The translations under genes were made by a program, and so were the position numbers. The notes below the pieces were generated by a model. It searched no databases, had not been told where the DNA came from, and saw nothing but the letters and a program-made list of their open reading frames with translations. From Hyphomicrobiaceae bacterium (GTDB taxonomy: Bacteria > Pseudomonadota > Alphaproteobacteria > Rhizobiales > Hyphomicrobiaceae), in assembly GCA_031401535.1 (NCBI GenBank), contig JANNRP010000387.1, positions 1 through 62,010 on the forward strand: a stretch of 62,010 nucleotides of DNA, given 5' to 3'. Below, one piece after another: positions 18,749 through 26,978 of the stretch (position 1 is the first letter of the stretch; every line of letters begins with the position of its first letter).

Positions 18749-19411
18749 ATGATCGTGCAAAAATCGCTGTCGGCGGACATTCTGTTGTTCGACATGGACG
18801 GAACGTTGCTCGATGCGACGGCGGTCATCGCGCGCATCTGGACGACATGGTCTGCGCGCCATGGCGTCGACGCATCACACCTGCTCGAGGCGTCCCGCGG
18901 CCAGCGTGTGTCCGAGACAGTCCGCACGTTTGCGCCGCCTGGCATAGATCTCCAGGCCGAGGAGCTATGGCTGTCGCGGCAGGCTCATGTGGAGACACTG
19001 GAGCCCGCGGCGCTGCCAGGGGCCGTCGCGTTTCTGGCCGCGCTACCACGGGATCGCTGGGCGGTTGTGACCTCGGCTGAACGAAGCCTGGCGGTCAAAT
19101 GGCTGACTGGCGCCGGCCTCCCTCTGCCGCTCGTTCTCATCGCGGCGGCCGACGTGACGACGGGCAAACCGCACCCTGCAGGCTATCGTCTTGCGGCGGA
19201 ACGGCTTGGTTGCGACACCAGCCGGGCCATCGTCTTCGAGGATGCGCCTGCCGGAATAGAAGCCGCTCGCGCGGCCGGCGCAGGGGTCGTGGGTGTCGCC
19301 AACCGGGCCATTGCCGCCTGCCCGGACCTCGCACTCTGGGTGACGGATTTCCTGACGCTCAGCGTCGACGTCGACGAGACGCAACGCATCACGCTTTACT
19401 CACGGGCCTGA
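18749..19411 (+). CDS. HAD-IA family phosphatase
   Basis: FDMDGTLLD (DxDGT), VTSA (motif II), K...FEDAPAG (motifs III/IV). Confidence 0.85.
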   Translation: MIVQKSLSADILLFDMDGTLLDATAVIARIWTTWSARHGVDASHLLEASRGQRVSETVRTFAPPGIDLQAEELWLSRQAHVETLEPAALPGAVAFLAALPRDRWAVVTSAERSLAVKWLTGAGLPLPLVLIAAADVTTGKPHPAGYRLAAERLGCDTSRAIVFEDAPAGIEAARAAGAGVVGVANRAIAACPDLALWVTDFLTLSVDVDETQRITLYSRA

Positions 19412-19465
19412 GGCAGCAACCGCTGGCGCATCAGCAGCGATGGCCTTCAAACAGCAATCCGGACC

Positions 19466-20260
19466 ATGACCAAAACACCTCCGATCCTCAAGAACAAGCA
19501 CTACGATGAGGCCTCGACGTTCGTGCCTGAGAACCTCCTTCGCGAGGCGCGCCGCCAGAAGGGATTGACAACGACAGCGGTGCCGAAGGTCTGCGTCCTT
19601 GATCCGGATGGCGACATCATCCGGCATATGCAGAGAGCCGGGCGCGTCACACGGGATCCGGATTGGGCATGCTACCATACCGAGTTGTATCGCATGACCC
19701 ACGACGGCATTCGGCTCGGCATTGTGCCGTGCGCCGTCGGGGCCTCGTTCGCCGTTCTGGTTGCCGAGCAACTGCTTGCCTCGGGCTGCCAGTTGCTCGT
19801 CAGCGTGACATCGTCGGGTCAGCTCATCGCGTTGCGACCGCCGCCTTACTTTATTCTGATCGAACGATCCCTGCGAGACGAGGGTACAAGCTATCACTAT
19901 CTCCCACCCTCCGAATACAGCTCTGCCGATCCAAAACTCATCGCTGTCTTGGCGAACGCATTTGCCGGCTTGAGCGTTGTCGTGGAGCGCGGCGACACTT
20001 GGACGACCGACGCGCCGTTCCGCGAGACCGCAGCCGCAATTGCCGCCATGAAGGCAAAAGGGCTGCTCGCGGTCGAGATGGAGGCTGCCGCCCTTTATGC
20101 CTTCGCGGCCGCACGCAAAAAGCCCGTTATCTGCTTCGCGCACGTCACCAACCAGATGGCGCGGATTGAAGGTGACTTCGAGAAAGGTGAGGCCGACGGT
20201 TCGATTGATGCTCTATCGGTTGTGACGGCGGCGGCGAAAGCGTGGGTGAATTTACACTGA
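19466..20260 (+). CDS. Nucleoside phosphorylase (PNP/UDP family 1)
   Basis: Phosphorylase-family core with VEMEAAALY near the C-terminus. Length and layout match family-1 nucleoside phosphorylases. Confidence 0.7.
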   Translation: MTKTPPILKNKHYDEASTFVPENLLREARRQKGLTTTAVPKVCVLDPDGDIIRHMQRAGRVTRDPDWACYHTELYRMTHDGIRLGIVPCAVGASFAVLVAEQLLASGCQLLVSVTSSGQLIALRPPPYFILIERSLRDEGTSYHYLPPSEYSSADPKLIAVLANAFAGLSVVVERGDTWTTDAPFRETAAAIAAMKAKGLLAVEMEAAALYAFAAARKKPVICFAHVTNQMARIEGDFEKGEADGSIDALSVVTAAAKAWVNLH

Positions 20261-20492
20261 CTGCTCGGGCTCTGGACTTGCGAACGTGTGGCGCCAGTTG
20301 AAGGCTGTATTTGCGTACGACGATCAGGCGATGTTTCCCGCAACGCCCAGACGCACACGTGCTTGACGCTATACTCCGGCAACCGGACGTGGTTGATCGC
20401 GAGCACGTTGTCGGCGACCTTGCTCAATCGACTTCCGGTGCTCTGTATGAGACTGTGCGAAAACGGCGCCGAAAATCAACCAAAAACTCCGC

Positions 20493-21566
20493 TCACGTCA
20501 CAACTGCAACCATCCGCCAATCTGCCCCGTTTCGCGCCTCAAACGCACCCAATGGCCTCCTGGAAGCTGTCCTAAGGCCTACAAACAATGATAAAAAGGC
20601 CACGATGGCCTTCAGCAGGTCCTTCACACCGACGATCGAGAGCACGCGTTTGATGTTGTAGGCGAGCACATGCAACGCCATCTCGGTCGCGACGTGCTTC
20701 AGCGTTTTCATCTTGAAGTGTGTGGCGCCCATCCAGGCCTTCAGTGTGCCGAAGGGGTGCTCCACGGTCTCGCGCCGCACCTGCATCTGACCGGGCTTTT
20801 CGTCGAGCCGTGCTTGCATGCGGTCAAGAACGTCTTCGCGTTCCCACCGCTTGATGCGACGCTCCTTGCCGGTCGTGCAATCGCGCTTCAACGGACACGT
20901 CGCGCAGACGTTGGTCCAGTAGCTCCGCATTTGCTGACCTTTCTCTTCGGTCGTCATGCGGTACGTCAGATGATTGCTGGCTGGGCAAACGTAGTGATCC
21001 TTGGCCGGATCATAGGTGAAGTCGCGCTTGTCGAAGCGGCCTTCTGCTTTCGCGTTAGATGTCGCCACCTTCGGCACATTGGCCGTAATGCCGACGTCCT
21101 CGCACGCTGCAATTTCCAGATTGTTGAAGTAGCCTTTGTCGGCGATAACCTCGACGGTCTTGGCGCCGAATGCGTCCCTCGCATCCTTCGCCATGGACGA
21201 CAGCTGACCTCTGTCGATGCCGACATTCGTCACCTTGTGCGTGACGATCAAATGGTTCTTCGTGTCGACCGCACTCTGCACGTTATAGCCGACGGTGTAA
21301 GCGCTACTATGGCTCTGCGATGTCATCGCGCGTGCGTCGGGATCTGTCAGTGAAATCTGGTTCTCGCCGGATGCTTCCAGCTTCGCCTCCAACGCGGCCA
21401 ACGTTTGAAGCTTCTCCTTGTAACCTTCGATGCGATCCTTGATCGCCGCAATCTGCTTTTCAGGCACAGGCACGCCGCCAGCCTCCACCTGCCGATCTGC
21501 ACGATCGAGTTCGGCCAGATAACGATCGACGACATTCAGTGAAAATAAAAAATACTGTGAAATCAA
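20493..21566 (-). pseudogene. IS1182-family (IS5-like) DDE transposase, 5'-truncated remnant
   Basis: It retains the coiled-coil linker, DDE domain and C-terminal HPFGTLKAWMGATHFKMKTLKHV...AYNIKR signature. It lacks the N-terminal DNA-binding region of roughly 150-200 aa. The upstream end abuts an AT-rich junction. Confidence 0.75.
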
Positions 21567-21577
21567 TGAATTAAGGT

Positions 21578-21627
21578 TGGTGGAGCCGAGGGGGATCGAA
21601 CCCCTGACCTCTGCAGTGCGATTGCAG
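21578..21627 (-). other. tRNA-Ala(CGC) 3' fragment (anticodon arm to CCA); probable att-site/recombination scar
   Basis: The reverse complement reads CTGCA-ATCGCAC-TGCAG AGGTC AGGGG-TTCGATC-CCCCT CGGCTCC A CCA. The acceptor 3' strand implies G3:U70. No matching 5' half or D-arm lies upstream. Confidence 0.7.
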
Positions 21628-21811
21628 ACGCCGCATTACATCGGCCGCGTCGAATTGAACTGGACTTCCAAAGGGAAGCACGCATTGCTGTGGTTGTCGC
21701 CAGCGACGTGCTGATCGCGGCTGAATGGCATGGCTCGCCTCGCAGATTGCGGGGCTTCGGGTGGTGCGGGCGTCAATTCTGACGCTTCGCGCCATATGGA
21801 GCCCATACCCA

Positions 21812-22159
21812 ATGCCAACCGAAGCCAACGAGACCCTGTCTCTACCGAAGCGCCGTCAGAAGGCGCTGAAATCCACCGCGAAGCAGAGCGCATTCGCTGA
21901 AAGGCAGCGCACCAGCACGATTGCCTCACCACTGCCAAGTGCCGCACGTCGCACCAAGCAGGCCGACGTGATCGCACTTCTCAATCGGCCCGATGGCGCA
22001 ACCATTTCCGACCTGTGCGATGCCACCGGCTGGCAGCAACATAGTGTGCGCGGCTTCCTAGCGGGAACCGTCAAGAAGAAGCTCAGATTGACGCTGACTT
22101 CCTCGAAGGGGGATGGGCCCCACCGCCGCTATCGCGTCGTGGCCCGACGCGGCCGATGA
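21812..22159 (+). CDS. DUF3489 domain protein
   Basis: KQADVIALLNRPDGATISDLCDATGWQQHSVRGFLAGTVKKKLRL...RRYRV is the DUF3489 signature. The start is uncertain (21725 or 21812). Confidence 0.7.
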   Translation: MPTEANETLSLPKRRQKALKSTAKQSAFAERQRTSTIASPLPSAARRTKQADVIALLNRPDGATISDLCDATGWQQHSVRGFLAGTVKKKLRLTLTSSKGDGPHRRYRVVARRGR

Positions 22160-22160
22160 C

Positions 22161-22607
22161 ATGAGCGGATCAGACTTCGACCTCGCGGCCGAGGTCGAAC
22201 GGCTCGAGAGCCTGAGCCACATCGACTTGCGCGAGGCCTGGCGGCGTCTTTATCAGACGCCGCCACCTCAACGCCTCAGCCGCGAAATTCTGCTGTGAGG
22301 CATCACCTATAAACTGCAGGAGCGCACCTTCGGCGGTCTCTCGAGATCGTGCCTTCGCCGCCTCCAACGTGGCGGCGAGAAAGCTTCTCAGGGCAGGGAC
22401 CGCTCCCCCGGCGTCGTGCCGAAGCCCGGCACACAATTGGTACGCGAATGGCATGGCGTGACACACACGGTGATCATCCTCGCCGATGGTGTCGAGTGGA
22501 GGGGACGCCGTTACAAGTCCCTCTCGGTCGTCGCCTGCGAGATTACCGGCGCGCATTGGTCAGGACCAGGATTCTTCGGCCTGAGAGCAGGAGCATCGAG
22601 TGGCTAG
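22161..22607 (+). pseudogene. DUF2924 domain protein interrupted by one in-frame TGA (22296-22298)
   Basis: ORFs 22113-22298 and 22416-22607 share one frame. Read-through gives ...REILL*GITYKLQERTFGGL...PKPGTQLVREWHGVTHTV...ITGAHWSGPGFFGL, a continuous DUF2924 sequence. Confidence 0.75.
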
Positions 22608-22790
22608 CCACGCTCGGCTCGACGTCGTGCGCAGGACCTTCGCCGACCTTACCGGCGCACTGGAGGACGCGGCGGTGCTCACCGCGGAGGGCCAGGCCAG
22701 TCGCGTTGATGAGCACCGGCAGCGTGACGGTCTTCTTGCAGCGGTCAGCCTCATAGTTGTGCGTTTGCATCGGCTGATGAGGCGGCTCGA

Positions 22791-24473
22791 ATGAATCGGG
22801 TCGCCTGTGCCATCTATACACGCAAGTCGTCGGAGGAGGGGCTCGAGCAAGCATTCAATTCGCTCGATGCTCAGCGGGAAGCGTGTGAGGCCTACATCAC
22901 GAGCCAGAAGCACGCGGGCTGGGTGCCCGTGCGCGATCTCTACGACGACGGCGGCCTCTCCGGCGGCACGCTCGAGCGTCCCGCCCTCAAGCGGCTGCTC
23001 GCTGACATCGAGGCCGGCAAGGTGCGCATTGTCGTCGTCTACAAAGTCGACCGCCTGACACGCTCGCTCGCCGACTTTGCTAAGATCGTCGAGGTATTCG
23101 ATGCCCACGGTGCCTCGTTCGTCTCGGTGACGCAGCAGTTCAACACGACAACGTCCATGGGCCGGTTGACCCTCAAAATGCTGCTCTCGTTCGCCCAATT
23201 CGAGCGGGAGGTCACCGGCGAACGCATCCGCGACAAGATTGCCGCATCGAAGGCCAAAGGACTTTGGATGGGTGGCGTCGTTCCTCTCGGCTACGATGTC
23301 AGGGACCGAAAGCTCGTCGTCAACGAGGTCGAAGCCGGGACCGTACGCACAATATTTCGGCGCTACGCCGAGCTGGGATCGGTCCGGCTGCTTGCGCACG
23401 AGATCGTCCGGTTGGGAATTGCCGGCAAACGTCGCGCCGCGGCCGCCGGTGCCGCTATCTCCCGCGGCGCTCTCTACCAACTACTGCAGAACCGAATCTA
23501 CCGCGGCCAGATCGCCTTTAAGGGCAAGATCTATCCGGGCCAGCACGATGCCATCATCGACGCCGAACTTTGGCAGATCGTGCAGCAGAAGCTTGCTGCC
23601 AACCGGCAGGCCCGCACCCTATCCGTTGGCGCCGAGGCTCCGAGCCTACTCTGCGGGCTCATTTTCGATGCCGACGGAAACCGAATGACCCCGACGCATG
23701 CCAACAAGCAGGGACGGCGGTACCGCTATTACATCTCGGCCAGCCTAATCAATTGCGACGAAAGCGGACCGAATGCGATGCGCGTTCCTGCGAGCGACGT
23801 AGAGGCCGTCGTGCTCGATCAGCTGCGCTCATTCCTCTCCGAGTCGAAAGCCGTCGCCGACGCACTGCTCCCCTTCGGGCCGACCGCCGGACAACTCGAT
23901 CGAGCATTGAGCCGCGCAGCGGAGTTCGCGGTACGATGGCAGTCGATCCCACCTGATGAAATGCGTGCGCTGGCCCATAGGATGGTCGCTCGCGTGGTTC
24001 TGAAGCCAGATCGCATCACCATCGAGATTGGCACGCTCGGTCTCGGCGACACGCTCGGCGTCAGTATTGCTCCGGCAGATACGCCGCAGCAAACCGTTGT
24101 GCTGTCAGTCGCGGCCGCACTGCGCCGGCCCGGTAAGGGGAGGCGGCTCGTTATCAGCGAGGGCAACCGCATGGAGATCAATCCGCATTTGGTCCAACTG
24201 CTGCAAGAAGCCTTCGCCACTAAGGATCTCCTGCTCGCCGATACCGATGAGAGCATGAACGCCATCACGGACCGCCTCGGCAAGAGCAAGGGGCACATGA
24301 CCGTGCTGCTGCGACTTTCCTATTTGGCGCCGTCGATCGTCAATGACATTCTCGCCGGACGTGCCCCCACCGACCTTGGCCCGCATCGTCTGAGGCGGCT
24401 GTCGAAGGACCTGCCGCTCGACTGGGCCGGCCAACGCCGATTGTTGCGCCTCGATGGCGCCGACGGCGCTTGA
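22791..24473 (+). CDS. Large serine recombinase (resolvase/invertase N-domain plus recombinase domain)
   Basis: CAIYTRKSSEEGLEQAFNSLDAQREACEAYI holds the catalytic Ser. VVYKVDRLTRS and FAQFERE motifs are present, with a long C-terminal extension. Confidence 0.9.
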   Translation: MNRVACAIYTRKSSEEGLEQAFNSLDAQREACEAYITSQKHAGWVPVRDLYDDGGLSGGTLERPALKRLLADIEAGKVRIVVVYKVDRLTRSLADFAKIVEVFDAHGASFVSVTQQFNTTTSMGRLTLKMLLSFAQFEREVTGERIRDKIAASKAKGLWMGGVVPLGYDVRDRKLVVNEVEAGTVRTIFRRYAELGSVRLLAHEIVRLGIAGKRRAAAAGAAISRGALYQLLQNRIYRGQIAFKGKIYPGQHDAIIDAELWQIVQQKLAANRQARTLSVGAEAPSLLCGLIFDADGNRMTPTHANKQGRRYRYYISASLINCDESGPNAMRVPASDVEAVVLDQLRSFLSESKAVADALLPFGPTAGQLDRALSRAAEFAVRWQSIPPDEMRALAHRMVARVVLKPDRITIEIGTLGLGDTLGVSIAPADTPQQTVVLSVAAALRRPGKGRRLVISEGNRMEINPHLVQLLQEAFATKDLLLADTDESMNAITDRLGKSKGHMTVLLRLSYLAPSIVNDILAGRAPTDLGPHRLRRLSKDLPLDWAGQRRLLRLDGADGA

Positions 24474-24670
24474 ACCTTTCCGCCAGATCGCCAACCGCCT
24501 GTGCCGAAAGTGGCGTTCCGAGACGCTGGGCCAGGAAACGCGCACGACGGACGCGAATCGCGTCTCTGGCTAGGCTCAGGCCGATGCAGATCCCGCTAAC
24601 CTCCGGAAAGGCCGGACGAATTCCAAGGTGCAACAGATATGATATTTTCTAGCCAATTTAAAAGGTTGTA

Positions 24671-24755
24671 TGGTGGACAGGGCTGGATTCGAACCAGCGT
24701 AGGCGAAGCCAGCGGATTTACAGTCCGCCCCCTTTAGCCACTCGGGCACCTGTCC
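24671..24755 (-). tRNA. tRNA-Tyr (GUA)
   Basis: The reverse complement is GGACAGGTGCCCGAGTGGCTAAAGGGGGCGGACTGTAAATCCGC...GGTTCGAATCCAGCCCTGTCCACCA. It is 85 nt, with a long variable arm, anticodon loop CTGTAAA and encoded CCA. Confidence 0.95.
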
Positions 24756-24922
24756 ATCGCCGCGAGGTGCAGCTTACGTCGTCGCGCCGAAGGGTACAGC
24801 GCGATGAACACGGGCGGTTATCGTAAGCACGGCGTCGGATGTCAATTGGAAAAGCCGTCGCCGCGGGGTATGGCAACACATCCCAACACCGCCGCTCTCG
24901 GCGTCAACCAAGCGAAACCACC

Positions 24923-25768
24923 ATGTCCAAGTACGATTTCGGCTCCCGGCGTCACTCTGGCGGGCGTAACCGCGATGCCCACGATGGTGATCGGCCAGCC
25001 GCCGACGACGGTCCCACACTGATTTTCGGGATCCACGCAGCCGAGGCAGCCCTGCTCAACCCCGCCCGTGTTATTGCCCGTGCGCTGGTCACCGACAATG
25101 GCGAGAACCGCCTCAAAGACGCTTTCGCCGTGCGCGTCGACCGGGCCGATACCATGCGCGTCGAGCGCGTGATGCCGCGTGATCTCGACCGGCGGCTCGG
25201 TGTCGACACCGTTCACCAAGGCGTTCTGCTGGAGACCGAGCCGCTGCCGGAGCCGACGCTCGAAGGCTTTGCCGATGCAACAGGTCAGCCCGGCCCGCTA
25301 ATCGTGCTGGATCAGGTGACCGATCCACATAATGTCGGTGCGATTCTCAGGTCTGCGGCCGTGTTCGGCGCCCAGGGGTTGATCATGACACGGCGCAACA
25401 GCCCGCCACTCGGAGGAGCGCTTGCCAAGACCGCGTCCGGTGCGCTGGAGCACGTGCCGGTGCTTCTGGTTCCGAACCTTGCCCGGGCGCTCGCTGAATT
25501 GGGCGAGCTAGCCTTCTGGCGCGTCGGGCTCGATGGTGAGGGCGACAGGATCGTCGAAGCTGAGCCGTTCACGGGTCGTGTCGCGATCGTGTTGGGCGCG
25601 GAAGGCAAGGGCTTACGGCAACTCACACGCGAACACTGCGACGTGCTGTGCCGCATCTCGACTGACGGCGCTATTGCAAGCCTGAACGTGTCGAACGCCG
25701 CTGCCGTGACGCTGCATCTGGCCGCCATGCGGCGCCGGGTTGCCAGCCAGAAGGTTAGCGGTCAATAG
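24923..25768 (+). CDS. rlmB: TrmH/SpoU-family RNA 2'-O-methyltransferase (RlmB-like)
   Basis: SpoU substrate-binding N-domain (IFGIHAAEAAL). SpoU motifs DQVTDPHNVGAILRSA, VLGAEGKGLR, SLNVSNAAAV. Confidence 0.85.
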   Translation: MSKYDFGSRRHSGGRNRDAHDGDRPAADDGPTLIFGIHAAEAALLNPARVIARALVTDNGENRLKDAFAVRVDRADTMRVERVMPRDLDRRLGVDTVHQGVLLETEPLPEPTLEGFADATGQPGPLIVLDQVTDPHNVGAILRSAAVFGAQGLIMTRRNSPPLGGALAKTASGALEHVPVLLVPNLARALAELGELAFWRVGLDGEGDRIVEAEPFTGRVAIVLGAEGKGLRQLTREHCDVLCRISTDGAIASLNVSNAAAVTLHLAAMRRRVASQKVSGQ

Positions 25769-25782
25769 CGTGTTACTGAAAT

Positions 25783-25812
25783 GAAAAAGGGCGGCACCAA
25801 AGCGATGCCACC
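25783..25812 (-). terminator. Rho-independent terminator of the Cys-rich small protein gene
   Basis: On the minus strand, GGGTGGCA-loop-TGCCGCCC is followed by TTTTT. It lies 35-65 nt past the stop at 25847. Confidence 0.6.
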
Positions 25813-25846
25813 CCTCTCAATCCAGCTACGCTGACCAACTAGCAAT

Positions 25847-26161
25847 TTAGTTGCAGACGGTGCGGCTTGGCTCGCACACCTGTACGCCGCGACGGCAAAC
25901 TTCCTCACCGTACCGGTTAATGAAGCAACGGCCTTCACGCCAGTGGCAACCGCCACCAACCTTGTAGCAACCGCTGCGGTAATAGGTGCGGCCCGATGCA
26001 TTGGCGCTCGCGGCGCCGATGGCCAGTGCACCTAATACGCCAAGGCCGACAATAGCAGCCGTGCGGCCGCCACGGGCTTCGGCTGACTGCGACATGGATG
26101 TCATGCCGAGGCCGAGCGCCATTGTCAGTGCCAGTGCGGAAGTAGCGATCTTCTTGAACAT
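25847..26161 (-). CDS. Small secreted Cys-rich protein (six Cys in the C-terminal 40 aa)
   Basis: Sec signal peptide MFKKIATSALALTMALGLGMTSMSQSAEA, RBS GGGGAGA, and the terminator downstream. Confidence 0.7.
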   Translation of the reverse strand: MFKKIATSALALTMALGLGMTSMSQSAEARGGRTAAIVGLGVLGALAIGAASANASGRTYYRSGCYKVGGGCHWREGRCFINRYGEEVCRRGVQVCEPSRTVCN

Positions 26162-26354
26162 GGGTCTGTCTCCCCTTTCGAGCGATGTGGCAGGATGGTG
26201 TAGTAAGCGCGCCAAAATAATTTGGCACACCCGGCTAGTGACATGGGAACCCCTGCTCCCTGTGAGCAGATAAACTCAAGCCATATGAATGTGGCATGAA
26301 CGCGGTAAAACCACCAACACCCAGGATGCTAACGCGTCGGTGGAGCAACGACAA

Positions 26355-26768
26355 TCACCAAAGCCAAATATCGTGACTGTAAACGCTACGCGGCGCATGG
26401 TGACCATGATGAGACCGTGGTACGGCATGGCGGTCCGTGGTGTAGCCCCAGGCCGGGTAGTACTTCGGCAATTGGTAATGCGGCTGGGGGCGATGACGCA
26501 TTTCATGTGCCGGCCGCCAATAGCCCGAGTTGTAGGCCGGATAATAACCGCGATGTCCCGGTCGATACAGATAGGGATCAGTCGTGCCGTGCACGCGATA
26601 AACGTGATGGTAGCGCGGGTAATAAACGTGGTGGTTGATCACCCGCTCATGGCCATAACCAGCGGGTGGATAAGACCTGTGCAGGTCGGTCGCTTCGGCA
26701 CGCCCGAGGCTTGCGAGGCCAGCTGAGACGATGACGGTCAATGCCGTTGCCAGATTCTTCCAACGCAT
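26355..26768 (-). CDS. Secreted His/Tyr/Pro/Arg-rich low-complexity protein
   Basis: Signal peptide MRWKNLATALTVIVSAGLASLGRAEA and RBS AGGAG. The mature part is rich in HH, YY and YP repeats. Confidence 0.65.
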   Translation of the reverse strand: MRWKNLATALTVIVSAGLASLGRAEATDLHRSYPPAGYGHERVINHHVYYPRYHHVYRVHGTTDPYLYRPGHRGYYPAYNSGYWRPAHEMRHRPQPHYQLPKYYPAWGYTTDRHAVPRSHHGHHAPRSVYSHDIWLW

Positions 26769-26978
26769 AAGAGACTCCTGAAACGCAAAACAAAGACAGG
26801 GACGGAAGCTCAAGTTTTCTTAACTCTAATTCACACCGGATTGGCTAACAAAGGTTTAATGCGAGGGCAAAAAAATTGCAGCGCACCGGGACCAATCTCG
26901 CCATATCGGCGTAGTCCTTAATCGAATACTCACCCTCTTCGGCACAAAGTCACCGTTGCATTCCGCCAGAGTCATCAG

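Larger units (their letters stand above)
21578..24670. mobile_element. Remnant integrative-element module (DUF3489, DUF2924, large serine recombinase) between a tRNA-Ala fragment and tRNA-Tyr
   Basis: The gene trio is a recurrent alphaproteobacterial mobile-element module. It is bounded by tRNA-derived sequence on both sides, and AT-rich junctions lie at 21541-21577 and 24640-24670. Confidence 0.6.

Noticed and set aside
22296-22298. In-frame TGA in the DUF2924 gene as a selenocysteine codon, given selD nearby.
   Set aside because: The position aligns with a conserved Arg (CGA to TGA is one step). DUF2924 is not a redox protein. I see no SECIS-like hairpin just downstream, and the gene sits in a decaying mobile module.
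21571-24670. Shared AAGGTTG heptamer immediately 3' of both the tRNA-Ala fragment (21573-21579) and tRNA-Tyr (24663-24669), as att direct repeats.
   Set aside because: It is only 7 bp, partly overlaps the CCA complement in one case, and is easily explained by chance.
26223-26240. TGGCAC at 26223-26228 as a sigma-54 -24 element.
   Set aside because: No TTGC -12 element occurs at the required spacing, and no plus-strand gene lies downstream.
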